Source of the DNA: Mobula hypostoma
Lineage: Eukaryota
DNA length: 64,000 bases
Direction: 5' to 3'
Assembly (NCBI RefSeq): GCF_963921235.1
Contig: NC_086108.1
Location: 14,694,001-14,758,000, forward strand
Shown here: piece by piece, positions 10,172 through 24,589 of the stretch
How positions within the stretch are numbered: position 1 is the stretch's first letter
Layout: every line of letters begins with the position of its first letter
Made by a program: the position numbers and the translations under genes
Notes under the pieces: generated by a model
What the model saw: only the letters and a program-made list of their open reading frames with translations
The model's database searches: none
Told to the model about the DNA's origin: nothing

Positions 10172-13016
10172 GACCATGGACACCTTCAAAGCGATTGTGC
10201 AACCACCAACTGCGACTCCAGCCTTGAACTCCAGGCCGAGTCTTCACGCGATGCTATTGTGACTCCAGTCTCCCCTTCCCCCTCCACCACTCTGCAACCC
10301 TGTCTCCCTCAGATCCCACCATCTACTCCTGGACCCTCAGAGGCTCTATCTTCCTCTCACCCCACCCCAACCCTCCCCTCTCCACTGACACCACCAGCCT
10401 CCCTCCCTCTCCCCCCCTCTGATCCCACTTCTCATCCATGCCGGGTCTTTACCATCCCCTCCGAACTTCAACACGCTGAAGCAGAACGCTCTGTCCTCAG
10501 TAAGGGCCTCACCTTTGTCCCCCTTCGCCCACACCTCAGCGAGTTCCACATTCGCCATGACGCTGAACTCTTCTTCTGCCGTTTCCGTCTTTGAGCCTAC
10601 TTCTTCGGCAAGGACTCTCCCAACCCTACCGATGACCCCTTCTCCCGTCTTCAACCTTCCTCCTCTTCATGGACACCCCTCTCTGGTCTTCTGCCTGCTC
10701 TGGATCTCTTTATTGCTAATTGCCGACGGGACATCAACCATCTGGACTTCACCGCACCTTGTTCCCATTCCAACCTCACTCTTTCTGAACGCTTTGCTCT
10801 CCACTCCCTCCGCACTAATCCTAACCTTACTATAAAACCCACTGATAAGGGGGGGTGCTGTTGTAATCTGACCTCTACCTTGCAAAGGCACAGCGACAAC
10901 TCGCAGATACCTCCCCTTATTTACCCCTCAATCATGACCCTACTAAGGAGCACCAGGCCATTGTCTCCCACACCATCACCAGCTTTATCAGCTCAGGGGA
11001 TCTCCCATCCACTGCTACCAACCTTATAGTTCCCACACCTCGCACTTCCCATTTCTACCTCCTACCCAAGATCCGCAAACCTGCCTGTCCAGGTAGACCC
11101 ATTGTCTCAGCTTGCACCTGCTCCACTGAACTCATGTCTGCATACCTCGACACTGTTTTATTCCCCCATTGTTCAATCCCTTCCTACTTATGCTCGTGAC
11201 ACTTCTCACGCTCTGAATTTTTTCAATGATTTTAAATTCCCTGGCCCCCACCGCTTCATTTTCACCATGGATATCCAATCCCTATATACCTCCATCCCCC
11301 ACCAGGGTCTCAAAGCTCTCCACTTCTTTTTGGATTCCAGACCTAACCAATTCCCCTCTACCACCACTCTCCTCCGTCTAGTGGAATTAGTCCTTACTCT
11401 TAATAATTTCTCCTTTGGCTCCTCACACTTCCTCCAAACTAAAGGTGTAGCCATTGGCACCCATATGGGTCCCAGCTATGCCTGCCTTTTTGGTGGCTTT
11501 GTGGAACAATCCATGTTCCAAGCCTATATTGGTATCTGTCCCCCACTTTCCCTTCGCTACATCGACGACTGCATTGGCGCTGCTTCCTGCACGCATGCTG
11601 AGCTCGTTGACTTCATTAACTTTGCCTCCAACTTTCACCCTGCCCTCAAGTTTACCTGGTCCATTTCCAATACCTCTCTCCCCTTTCTTGATTTTCCTGT
11701 CTCTATCTCTGGAGACTGCTTTTCTACTGATGTCTACTGTAAGCCTACGGACTCTCACAGCTACCTGGAATATTCCTCTTCCCACCGTCTCTTGCAAAAA
11801 TGCCATCCCTTTGTCGCAATTCCTCCATCTCCGCTGCATCTGCTCTCAGGATGAGGCTTTTCATTCCAGGATGAAGGAGATGTCCTCCTTTTTTAAAGAA
11901 AGGGGCTTCCCTTCCTCCACCATCAACTCTGCTCTCAAACGCATCTCCCCCATTTCACGCACATCTGTTCTCACCCCATCCTCCTGCCACCCCACTAGGA
12001 ATAGGGTTCCCCTGGTCCTCATCTACCACCCCACCAGCCTCTGGGTCCAACATATAATTCTCCGTAACTTCCGCCATCTCCAACGGGATCCCACCACTAA
12101 GCACATCTTCCCCCCCTATGCTTTCTGCTTTCCGCAGGGATTGCTCCCTACGGGACTCCCTTGTCCATTCGTCCTCCCCATCGCTTCCCACCAATCTCCT
12201 TCCCGGCACTTATCCCCTTGTAAGCAGAACAAATGCTACACTTCCTCCTTCACCACCATTCAGGGCCTCAGATAGTCCTTCCAGGTGAGGCGACACTTCA
12301 CCTGTGAGTCGGCTGGGGTGATATACTGCGTCCAGTACTCCCAATGCGGCCTCCTTTATATTGGCAAGACCTGACGCAACCTGGGAGACCGTTTCGCTGA
12401 TCACCTATGCTCTGTCCGCCGGAGAAAGCAGGATCTCCCAGTGGCCACACATTTTCATTCCACGTCCCATTCCCATTCTGATATGTCTATCCACGGCCTC
12501 CTCTATTGTCAAGATGAAGCCACACTCAGGTTGGAGGAACAACACCTTATATTCCATCTGGGTAGCCTCCAACCTGATTTGAACATTGACTTCTCTAACT
12601 TCCGTTAATGCCCCACCTCCTCTTCGTACCCCATTCCTTATTTATTTATTCTTTTTTTTTAATTCCCCCTTTTTTCTCTCTTTTTTCTCCCTCTTTCCCT
12701 CTCACTATAACTCCTTGCCCATCCTCTGATGCTCCCTTCCCCCTTTCTTTCTCCCTCGGCCTCCTGTCCCATGATCCTCTCCCTTCTCCAGCCTCGTATC
12801 CCTTTTTCCAATCAACTTTCCAGCACTTAGCTCCATCCCTTCCCCTCCTGTCTTCTTCTATCATTTCGGATCTCCCCCTCCCCCTCCCACTTTCAAATCT
12901 CTTACGTCTCTTCTTTCAGTTAGTCCTGACGAAGGGTCTCGGCCCGAAACGTCGATTGTACCTCATCCTATAGATGCTGCCTGGCCTGCTGCGTTCACCA
13001 GCATTTTTTGTGTGTG
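10172..13016 (+). mobile_element. Penelope-like retroelement (Neptune-type), 5'-truncated, RT plus GIY-YIG, disrupted
   Basis: LSKGLTFVP, LLPKIRK..PGRPIVS, FTMDIQSLYTSIPH, QTKGVAIGTHMGPSYA, RYIDD, Cys-rich linker (PCKQNKC), GVIYC..C..LYIG; stops and frameshifts; 10-bp TSD TTCCCTCAAT at 10162-10171 and 13017-13026. Confidence 0.95.
12921..12958 (+). ncRNA. Minimal type I hammerhead ribozyme motif in a PLE terminal repeat
   Basis: TAGTC-CTGACGA-A-GGGT(CTCG)GCCC-GAAA-CG-TC|GATTG: intact core, stem I, stem II and palindromic ACGU stem III. Confidence 0.85.
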
Positions 13017-13187
13017 TTCCCTCAATATCTGGTGTGTGGGGTTCCTTGCTTTTACCATACATGATGGCTCAGAGATGTGCACCATCCACCACTTGGTACC
13101 AAGTCTGTGATCCTAAATAGTTGTTGCACTGCCGGAGTCTTGCTGTTCCTGTTGAGCTGTTTGGAGAAATGCAGCAGCTGAGTTTGA

Positions 13188-13430
<243 letters not shown>

Positions 13431-14354
13431 TAGGTGTACAAGCCTGAAGGGGCTACCTCTTGCAAGCTAAATAGTAATGTCATAGGATGAGGCAGAAATG
13501 TATAATGAGAGAGAAAAGAAGAGTGCATTCTCCTCATGTTGGAGAATTATTAATACCACAACAGATGTGATGAGGGATTTAGTCTAAGGATAAAATGTTT
13601 TGTTTCTAGCTGACACCTGCACACTGACACATGTTCCCCCCTCACCCTCAGGTAGTTATCTTGTGCCCCTCAGTACCTCTCACTCAAGGAACTAACAGTA
13701 CCTTAACTAGTGTGTGTCACTTCCTCTTCCTCATGAAAATAACTGTATACTCTCTCAGGACCACTGCGACCTTCCCTTGCCCATCGCAAAGAGAATAAAA
13801 TAAAAGCCAGGAGAGGTGCATTCAGATGGAGTTCCAGGCAAGGAACTTTACCATGATGATGGTCACAGTGGCATTGAACTCCTTAGCCTCCAGCTAGTTT
13901 TAAGTGGAGGTAGCAAACTTCTGCCATGACTTAATCTGCAGCTTTGCCGTAGTGTTAGGGTCTCAGTGCAGGTTCTCACTTAGAGAGAAAGACTTTCTTT
14001 TTTTAGCTTCAGGCAGTGAAGGCATCTAAATCCACCTCGGAGGTAGACTTTAGAGAGTGAGAGAGTGTTAGACTGTTAGACATGGTGTTAATCATTCTAC
14101 ACGGGAACCCTGATCTCTTTGTTTAACCCTCTAACTTCAACATGTGTGCTTAATGGTCAATACTACACCTACAGGAAGATCATATGACCTTTGCACAGCT
14201 TTGAGACAACCTACTCTACCAACACTACTCCAGACCAATGGATGGCTTCAAGGACAAAGTCTGTTCTCCTAACTGTGCTGCCTCAAAGCAATACCAGCTC
14301 TTGTAAATACTGACCATAGGCACAGGGCTGATGAGCCTGAAGATAATCATTTCT

Positions 14355-14605
14355 GAGAATCAGATTTATTGTCACTGACATATGTGACATGTAATTTGTT
14401 GTTTTGCAGCAGCAGTACAGTACAAAAAGATAGAATTAGACTGCAAAAATAAATAGTACTAAACAAAGGAAGAATGAGGCAGTGTGTGTGAGTATATGGA
14501 CCATGTGGAAAATTTATGATGTAGAGGAAGAAACTGCTCCTGAATCTTTGAGTACAGGTCTTCAGACTACTATACCTCTTCCTCAAAGGTAGTAACAAAC
14601 GATGG
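14355..14605 (-). mobile_element. Rex1/Babar-type LINE or partner-SINE 3' end
   Basis: LPLRKRYSSLKTCTQRFRSSFF on the - strand, ending aataaatctgattct; related pieces near 9850-10090 and 39040-39068/41437-41610. Confidence 0.65.
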
Positions 14606-15010
14606 CATCAATCACCAATTCTGATGTCTAAGGCTGAATTCACTGTAAGAATTTCCCACTTCACATCTCCTGCATCCTCCACAATCTTGTGGTCATGCAG
14701 AGTAGCCCTTGTTCTTTGTCCCAAAACAAGTGGAACAGAAAGAGCAAGAGAAAGGCAGGAGGTGCTGAGCGGATGTAACAGATCAGCTGTTTCAGTGGAC
14801 AATCCTCTCCTTCCAATAAAGGTTCAGACAAAGAGGGAGGCAGTGGCCACTGGAAGCACAGACTTCCAGCATTCAGACTTGGGATGATAAGATTACACGT
14901 AGACCATAGGTACTGAACACCCCAAACAACCTTCTTGGCAGGGCAATGCAATACCCACCACTGCTATTTCTGGACAGCCATTGATTAGTAGTTCAGCAAA
15001 CATGAAATTC

Positions 15011-15235
15011 TTGTGCAACACACAATCTGCTGGAAGAAGGCATCAGGTCGAGCAGCATATGTGCGATGAAAGGAACTGTCAGTATCAAAACCCTCTCATC
15101 TGGCCTTTAACCCTCCAGATGCAGGTTTCAACCCAAAACATCGACAATTCATTTCCTTCCACAGATGCCAGTTGACCTGTTGTGTTCTTCCAGCAGATTG
15201 TTTGTTGCTCCAGATTCCAGCATCTGCAATCTCTG
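15011..15235. mobile_element. Old short PLE-derived fold-back element
   Basis: Inverted pLTR halves: caatctgctggaagaa versus ttcttccagcagattg; decayed hammerhead region in the centre. Confidence 0.65.
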
Positions 15236-17535
15236 GTGTCTCCATGAGCTTCTTGTGACTCCAGGAACATGTCTGAGGCTTTCATTCCTCACAAAGACTT
15301 TCCGCAATCTCAAGACTCAAGTGTCCCCACTTGCGTCAGTGAATTCTGTCCACCTGTCTCCTCAGCAGCAAAAGAGAAAAGATGTGACAACTCCTACCAG
15401 GAAACTTCCTTAATTGTAGTTACGTGTAGGGTTTCTGCACTCCAAGCAGCATGGCCTGCTACGATTATCTGGTTCTTCTTGAGAAGATAGTAAACAACTG
15501 ATTTATGCATCTTCTGCATTACTGATGGTGGAGAATCTCCGATTGTGCTGTACAGTGTACAGGTCACTGTAGAAGTTGGACACAATGACCACCGTGAAAT
15601 GACAATATATTCAAGTTGGATGATGTGTACTTGGTATCAGTGACAAAACCAGGAGATCACTCTTGTTTCATTTCTCGTTGTTTCTCCTTGAGGTGCCATG
15701 GAAGCCAGACAAGTTGCTACAGTCACTCTGAACATGTAACAACTACAAGCCAAGTGAGCTACTATAACCAGCGGTGAATATCCAGGAGCAGCCAAATCTT
15801 GTTCATATTGAAGAAAATTTTTCAAAATGAAATAGTGGGTCAACTGGCATTTTGAAGTGACGGGTAATCACAGTACTGCAGCCTCTGAATCATTTTGCCT
15901 CTTTCTGTACATGAGCACTGAAACATTAGATAAGCTCTAGATTAATTTCTGAATTACAGATCAATTTAGAGAGATAAATTCCTTTATGTGAGGGATTGAG
16001 GGTTATCAGTATGTAGTACATGAGGCAGAGGGAGTGTAAAATATCAATGTTAATAAATCTCTGAAGAAGAGAGACTGAGGAACAACAGTCAGTATACAGT
16101 TTTTGTTCCATTGTTTGGAATGTGGGCATCATTGCCACGACCAAAATTTATCACCCATCTCAATCACCCTCGAGAAGGTGATAGTATGCCTCCTCTTTGG
16201 CCCACTACAGCCCTTCTGGTGAAGATTATTCCACAGCGCTGTTGTCCAGAGAATTCCAGAGATTAGACCCAGCAATTCATTTCTGAGTCAGGAAGGAATG
16301 TGATTTCCAGGCGGTAGTGTTTCACATGCCTTCTGCCTTTGTCCTCCTTGATGACAATAGATGGTTTAATAGGGTGAGAACAGCAATGAGAGATCAATAG
16401 GGCATAACCAGGAGAAAGTGACCTCGGCATTAAATTATACAGAACATCAGTTCTTTGGAATTGTGTGTTAGGCTAAGGACAGATCTGCTTACCCAGAACT
16501 ACTGTGGGTCAGACATGTAGAGACAAGAACATTGCTTCTTGAGATGGTTCTTGACTAGGTCCTCTCAGCTGTCTCAGCCTTCACCATTCTCCCTCAGTTT
16601 TGCTGGGCCATGACTAACGCTTCATATTTCTGTGAAATAAGGACATCTGAAATGATGATCATGATGAAGCCATCTGTCTATCTCAAAGGACAATGGATGC
16701 AGTGACCTCTCCAGGGCACAAGTCTGGGAGGAAGGTATGGAGATCCTGGGTTGCCCAGTCTTCAAGATCCCCTTCTCAGCCTCTCCTGTGTAGTCCAAAG
16801 GAAAGCAAAGCAATGCGTTTGGCACCAGCTTGGATGCAGGAGCTGCTGAAAGGATATCAGTGACATCCAGCCACTCTGGATTTCCTGTCTGGGTTTACTC
16901 CCGTAGCCTTCATCTCTCCCGAGGCTCCCCACAAGGCAGTGGGGACATCTGAGAGAGATTAGCACAGATCACAGTATTCCTCGGCCTCACAATAATCGAG
17001 ACCTCCAACTCAATTCTCCAAGATACCCTGCAAGAAATTAACTCTATCTTTATATTAAAAAAAGAGGGATAGGGGCTAACTGCCTGCTTTCCAGACCTGG
17101 TTTTCCCTTGCCAGCCTATTCTTCCAGGCTAGTTTCCAATTCCCATCTCAATAATAATGACACCACTGCCTACTCTGCACATTTCTGCCACTTGCCTGCT
17201 ATTCACTTAGGTGAGAAACACAAGACAGATTAGTAACAGTGTTGCATACGGCATCTACAATTCTGACCATGTTGGGCTAACGCACAAGAAAGTGGTGTTC
17301 TGCACTCAAATGTCCAGGTCAATATCTCCTTTCACCATTGGTTCTCACTCATGTTGGTTGTGCCTTGGAAACCAACATTTACCATGAGGCAGTTCACTCT
17401 GAATCAGGTGAAGAACAAGTCCATTTCCTGGTCTCCCCACAGAAGTAGCACTGAACTGTGTTCTTGTTGAGAGATGGATCTGTCATTCTCTCTGTGGCTA
17501 TTATTGTTGTCTAACTGACTGTGCTTTTTTTGTAG

Positions 17536-17632
17536 CGGAAGGATTCACTATAAGGACATGTACGCAATAGTGTGTATGATCACACCCCCCCTGGGACTGG
17601 GGAGGAAGTGCCCTTGTAGGGTGGCCTGCAAG
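17536..17632 (+). CDS. CACNA1E: Alternative, mutually exclusive EF-hand exon, 37a-like
   Basis: ctaac/ctgac branch-like motifs, T tract, tgtag acceptor and gtttgc donor; exactly 97 nt and open: (C)[39 protein letters not shown] and RVACK are e37a signatures; absent from the ORF track. Confidence 0.9.
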
Positions 17633-17939
17633 GTTTGCTCCATATTAACTTCACAGACAGTGGTTATCTCCCTCTGACTGGGGAACAACATACCTCCTTT
17701 AAAGAGACAGAATCTCAGCTTTGCTGCACCTCACTAGTTTCAACCTGCTGACAGAAACCATCTCAAAGTGGCCAGGAGCCTGTTCAGGTGTGGGTCGGTG
17801 GGTGGGTGGGTGTGCTTCTTGGTCTCAAAGCACTATTCCTGCTGCCACAGGTACTAAGTCTCACTAACATTGTATTCCTGGAAGCTCACAATATGTTGCT
17901 GTTACGTTTTTCATAAAGGTGGCCCTCTGTTCACACAGA

Positions 17940-18620
17940 CTCTTACCCACTCTCTTTCTCTCTCTATTTCATACATTTACTATCTTCTCTGAAAACTCAC
18001 ACTAATACTCTTTCACAAACAGATATACACCGTTCTCTTTCTCTGTCACATACGCAATCTCCTACTAACTTTTTCATACACATTTTTACATATGCAGTTC
18101 CTCTCTCAAATACACTCTCTTCCTAAGCATGCACGTGCGCACGCACACACACGTACTCCTTCACAAAATACATATTCACCCTCTCACAAGCATACTCTTT
18201 TCTCGTATGCATTCTCTCAGTATTACACACTTCTGACTCGTTAGCACTCTCTCTCTCCCCCCCCCACTTACTCTGACACACAGAGCCATTGTTACTCAAA
18301 CTGTCAAACACACACACACACACACACACAGACACGTGCGCGGACAATTAGATGTGCACTCACAAAATTCCAGAAGGATAAGGATTAACATTAAACACAG
18401 TCATTGTCACAATAAGACACACACAAACTTAAGTCCATGTTTGCAGACACACGCAGATACACGCTAGATAAACACTGAGATATGTAAACACTCAAGATAC
18501 ACATTTCACCTACTTAAGCACAATTGCCAACACACAAACACTGATTTTTCCCCAGTATAAACTCACACAAACACACACTCTTAAAGAAACATACTCTCTC
18601 CATCTCTCACACACACATTC
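17940..18620 (+). repeat. Decayed CA/CT-rich microsatellite tract between exons 37a and 37b
   Basis: Many (CA)n and (CT)n runs, with pure (CA)n near 18308-18330. Confidence 0.8.
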
Positions 18621-19395
18621 ATACAAATATATGCATACTGATATGTAAACCAAACTTGGCACGCCAGTTTTGGCCATCTTTGGAGGTAGTGATGAAAAAC
18701 ATATCACTGGTCTCTCCAGCAAGTCAGCAGCCTGTTCCACTTTTACTCATGTGCATGAGTTGAGAACCTAGTGATGGATGCACCCTATTATATTGTAACA
18801 TTTGGACAAGGCTTTGATATTAAATGGGAGGTGAAGACCTGTGTAAAAATAATAGAACTGAGAGAAACTGTTTCTTTAACGAGGCTGAATTGCATACTCC
18901 ACATGCATGGGATGCATGTCTTCCTCCCCACCCTCTCTCCCTCCCTCACTCCCTCCTCTCCTCTGACTCTGCTTGTGCACTGAGTACTGTCCATCCAGTA
19001 GGAAATTAACCAGAAACCCCATCATCACTCGGGACGTTACCGAGTCTGATCACATTCTACCACCACATTTATGCAACAGCTGAACTTTGGGTAAACAAAG
19101 AATAAAGACATTGAAATAATTGGCAAATATACCAAGGAGGTAACTTTACACAGCAGGTTTCTGTGATGTGAAATGCACTGCCTGAAAGGGTGGAGGAAGC
19201 AGATTCTGTTGTAACTTTCAAAAGGGAATTGGATTCATGCTTTTAAGGGAATGGGCATTTGGGTGAAACTGATTGGATAGCTCTTCCAAAGAGCCTGCAC
19301 ACACACACAATAGACTGATTGGCCACCTTTTGACATTATATTATTATAATTCTAAGAAAAAAAAAGGACTGTTCTGCTGATTGAGATAGATGTGA

Positions 19396-19587
<192 letters not shown>

Positions 19588-19839
19588 TGACACTGAAAGG
19601 ATATTTATCACTGTTTATATTCTAGGGTGAATGGAGCCAATTCTCAATTTAATGAGAGTTATTTTTTAAATATCATCCATTAATATATGTGTTCATATTA
19701 ACTTTTCTCTAATTAGTCTTGGAAAACAGTGACTTGTTTTTACCCTGTTCTGAAAGCTGATTATTTGTCAGGATGGAGGATGTTCATATTGGGAATGGAA
19801 TCCTATAACTGACATTTGTAGCAAAGATGTTACTAAATT

Positions 19840-20355
19840 AGGGAGAGGACAGAAAACATTTTCCAGGATGTTGCCTGGATTTTGGGACCTGCTTTACAAA
19901 GAGAGGTTGGGTCGACAAGGACATTATTCCAGGGAACTTGGGAGACTGAGTGGTGACCTGATAGAGGTTGATAGGATCATGGCGGACATAGATGGGGCGA
20001 AAGCACAGTTTTTTTTCCCCAGGGAAAGGGTGTGATAATGAAGAAAACATAGGTTTAAAATCAGAGGTGAGAGATTTAAAGGGACATCAGAGGCAGCTTC
20101 TTCACGTAATGATGGAATATGCTTCGAATGAAATATTGCAAGTGGTGGTTGAGGTGGGCACATTAGTAACATTCAACAGCCATCTAGATAAGTACATGGA
20201 CAGGAGAGGTTGTTGTACCTGGACAGGAGAGGTGGTTGTACCTGGACAGGAGAGGTTGGTTTCAAAGGCAGGCAGGTGGGACTGGCTTGGTGGGCAACAT
20301 TGGGCATGGATGAATTGAACTGAAGGGCCTGTTTCTCTGCAGTATGACTATATGA
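19840..20355 (+). mobile_element. Old CR1 3' end containing a 23-bp tandem triplication (20192-20261)
   Basis: RMLPG and GDLIEV motifs; gtac(a/c)tggacaggagaggt repeated three times. Confidence 0.7.
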
Positions 20356-20629
20356 CTTGACCTTAAGCAGGTCCTCTAAGGTGTTTGTCGTGATGGTGTA
20401 AAGGGACTTATACCCTAAAACTAACCTGCCTGATCATTTTGGAGAAGTAAACGATGCCTGAAAGGGATGACCTGTGTGTCAGTGGCTTACCAGAACACAG
20501 ACATTCTCTATGAAGTCTTGGCAGGTGGTGCATGATTTGATCAGTCATTTAACACTTTGATCTGTCTCTCCACCCCACCACCACCACAGCATTCATTGCC
20601 TTTGATTTCATACTGGAAACTCTTGGTAT

Positions 20630-21155
20630 TGATGAAATAAATATTCCATTTAGATAGCCTCCAACCTGACGGCATGAACATCAATTTCTCTAATTTCCAG
20701 AAATTTCAGCCTCCTTCCCCCTCTCTGTTCTTCCATCCCCTATTCTGGCTCCCCTCTTACCTCTTCTTTTCTCCTTACCTGCCTATGGCCTACCTCTGCT
20801 GCTCGTCCTCCTTCCCTTTTCCCCACGGTCAACTCCCCTCTCCTGTCAGATACCTTTTTCTTCAGCCCTTTATCTTCCCCACCTGTCACCTTCAGCTTCT
20901 CACTTCATCGCCCCTCCCCCAACCACCTATCTGCCCCCTCACCTGGCTTCACCTGTCACTTTCTAGCTTGTGCTCCTTCCCCTCCCCCACCTTTTTATTC
21001 TGACTCTTTCCCTTTTCTTTCCAGTCTGGAGGAAGGGGCTCAGCCCAAATCATTGATTCTTTATTCCTTTCCGTACATTGCTGCTGACATGCTGAGCTCA
21101 TCCAACATTTTGTGTATTTACTCTGGATTCCCAGCATCTGCAGAATATGTTGTGT
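20630..21155 (+). mobile_element. Old PLE 3' fragment
   Basis: SLQPDGMNINFSNF end of GIY-YIG, CT-rich UTR and pLTR tail ending cagcatctgcaga. Confidence 0.8.
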
Positions 21156-21869
21156 TAGTAGTTGGATCCCTGCAGGTTTGAAGAACATTGCCAGCTCTTA
21201 GTAATGCCTGACTTGCCCTGTAAATGTACATTTCTTTGCGTTAGTTGTTGTAGGTTGTGGCACTGCCTGAAATGAATGATCAAGACCCTATGTAGGTAAC
21301 CTCCGTCTATTTGATTGATTGATATTTTATCCATGTGAACACAACCTGTGTTCTCCAAGTGTCTCAATACGGTGGAGACGCTACTCATTAAGGGCTGGAA
21401 AGTCACTGGCCTCCATCTCGAAGCCTCCTACTTTGATGTGCTGCATACTCTGTAAAGCCACACAGGGTAAAAGGTCACAGTTCCTCTCCTCTGTCCAGAC
21501 TGAAGTAGCTCATCCCAGCTGCAAGATGTTTTGAGACTCTCTAGTTAGGTGATGAAGGGAGGTAGGCTTGGTTAAGGTTCCTGATGGTATGTAGAATCAG
21601 GTCATGTCTCACTGTGTACCCCAGGGTCACTGAAGGAAAAGTCGTCCTATCACTATCAAGACCAGGGTTCCCAACTTTTTTATGCCATGGACAAATACCA
21701 TTAAGCAAGGGGTCCTTGGGCCCCAGGTTGGGAACTCCATTTCTGAACTGTCAATCTCACTTGTCCAGCTCCTTGAATGAGCTTCCTGATCCACTGTTCT
21801 CACCAGCCTGAGCATTGGATGTAGCCCCTCTCCTCCACTGGTCCTGATGCCCATTCCCCTAACCAAATA

Positions 21870-24290
21870 GACCATAAGATAATAGGAGCAGAATTAGGCT
21901 ATTCAGCTCATAATGGGGTTGAAAGGGATAATAAACCAGCCATGATGCAATACCGTTATCCTGCTGATTTATTATCCCTTTCAATCCCATTATCCTGCCT
22001 TCTCCCAATAATCTTTGACACTGTTACTAATGAAGAACCTATACATCTCTGCTTGCAAAGTACCCAATGACTTTACCACCACAGCTGTCTGTGACAATGA
22101 ATGCCAGAGATTCACCACCCTGTGGCTAAAGAAATTCCTCCTTATCACTGTCTAAAGGAACATCATTGTATTCTGAGACCATGCCTTCTGGTCCTATACT
22201 CTAACACTATTGGAAACATCTGCTCTGTCTTGCACTTTCAATATACTATTGGTTTCAATGAGATTCCCCCCATTCTTCTCAGCTCCAGTGAGTACAGGCC
22301 CAGAGCCATCAAATGCTCCTCAGATGTTAACCCTTTCATTCCAGGGACCATTCTCCTGGACCCTCTCCAATGCCAGCACATCCTTTCTATGATAAAGAGC
22401 CCAGAATTGCTCACAGTACTTCATGTGGTCTGATTAATGTCTTATAAAGCCTTAGCATTACATCCTTGCTTTTATATTCTAGTCCTCTTGAAATGAATGT
22501 TAACATTACAATTGCATTCACTACCACCAACTCACCCTGCAAGTTAACCTTTAGGGAATCCTGCACGAAGTCTTCCAAGTTTCTTTGCACCTCAGATTTC
22601 TAAATTTGCTCGCTGTTTAGAAATTAGTCTTTGTCTTTATTCCTTCTATCAAACTGCATAACCATACACTTCCCTACACTGTATTCCATCAGACACTTCT
22701 TTGCTTATTCTCCTAATCTGTCCATCCTTCTACTGCTTCCTTAACACTGCTGGCCCCTTCACCAATCTTTGTATCGTCCACAAACCTAGCCATAAAGCCA
22801 TCAATTCTGTCATCCAATCATTGGCATATAACATGACATATAGCAGTCCTAACACCTACCCCTGTGGAACACCATGAGTCATTGGCAGCCAACCAATAAA
22901 GGCTCACTCATTTCCACATGCCAATCAGCCAATCTTCTATCTATGCTAATATCTTTCCTATAATACTATGGTATTTATCTTGTTTAGCAGCCTCACATGT
23001 GGCACCTTGTCAAAGGTCGTCTGAAATTCCAAGTAAACAACATCAACTAACTCTCCTTTGCCTATCCTGCATGTTATTTCCTCAAAAAATTCCAACAGAT
23101 TTTTCAGGCAAGATTTCCCTGAAGGAAACTATGCTGACTTTGGCCCATTTTATCATGTGCCTCCAAGTACCCCGACACCGCAACATTAATATGGACTCTA
23201 ACATCTTGCCAACCACTGACGTCAAGCTAACTGGCCAATAGTTTTCTGTCTTTTACTTCTGTCCCTTCGTAAAGAGTGGAGTGATATTGCAATAATCATT
23301 CCAGAATCTAATGATTCTTGAAAGATCACTGCTAATGTCCCCACAATCTCTTCAGCTACCTCTTTCAGAACCCTGGGGTATACACCATCTGGTCTAGGTG
23401 ACTTATCTACCTTCAGACCTTTCACCTTACCAAGCATTTTATCTTTACTAATAGGAACTGCACTCACTTCTGCCCCCTAACACTCTTTTGAATTTCTGGC
23501 ATACTACTGCTATTTTCCATGGTGAAGATTGATGCAATTGGCATCAAAATGGCAATCCATCTGCCATTTCTTTGTCCCCCATTACCACCTCTCCATCACT
23601 TTCCAATGGTCTGTTACTTACTCTAACCTGTCTTTTACTTTTTACATATCTGAAGAAAACTTCTGATATCCTCTTTGATATTATGATAGCTTACCTTTAT
23701 CTTTTCTCTCCTTATTGCTTTTTTAGTTGCCTTCTGTTGGTTTTAAAAAGCTTTCCAATCCTCTAGATCCCCACTATTTTTGCTATGTTATATGCCCTCT
23801 CTTTTACCTTAATGTTGACCTTGGCTTCCTTTAACAGCCACGGTTTCTACGCCCTCCCTTTAGAATGCCTCTTCTTTGTAATAAATCTACTGTGCACCTT
23901 CCAAATTGCTCCCTGAAACTCCAGCGATTGCTGTTCTGATGTCACCCCTGCTAGTGTCCCCTTCCAATCAACTTTGGTCAGCTCCTCTCAGATGCCTCTG
24001 TAGTTCCTTTTACGCCTCTGTAATACTGATATGTCTAATTTTAGCCTCTCCCTCTCAACCTGCAGGGTGAATTCTATCATATTATCGTCACTGCCTCCTA
24101 AGGGTTCTTTTATTTTAAGCAAAACACACAAAATGCTGGAGAAACTCAGCAGGTCAGGCAGGTTACTTTAAGCTCTCTAATAAAATCTAGTCCATGACAC
24201 AAGACTTAGTCAATAATTGCCTTTTCCCTAAAGGTTCAACCACGAGCTGCTCTAAGAGCCATCTTGTGGGCATTCTATAAATTTCTTCAA
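21870..24290 (-). mobile_element. Degenerate CR1 LINE (about 2.4 kb)
   Basis: KGLKVDKSPRPDGVYPRVLKEVAEEI plus RT and 3' UTR remnants; a short PLE tail is inserted near 24120-24160. Confidence 0.85.
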
Positions 24291-24589
24291 TGTTCCTTCA
24301 GACCATTCAGTACCCTTTCATTTACTGTACATTTCCTTGCCTTGTTTTGCCTCTCTTGATGCATTACCTCACACTTTGTATCACCTGCAATTGTCTTTAT
24401 CTTCTCTTTACAGTGAACTGTGTCAAATGTCTTTCCTAAAGACACGTTGTAACATAAAACCCAGAATCTGACAAAAGTAAATAGCAAAGTAGTAGTGAAA
24501 TAGTAGTAGTAAATGTGGATTCTGGCAAAGGTGTGTATGGTAAGCGAGAGGCCTTCAAAAGAAAAATTTTGAGCACTGAGTTTGTTTAT

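Noticed and set aside
11102..12275. Overlapping 250-aa and 273-aa ORFs as an intact or domesticated RT gene
   Set aside because: They are frameshifted pieces of one PLE ORF with stops on both sides and a truncated 5' end.
18920..18997. Third exon 37 copy or cryptic exon after a long pyrimidine tract
   Set aside because: The downstream sequence shows no EF-hand similarity and no convincing 97-nt exon or donor.
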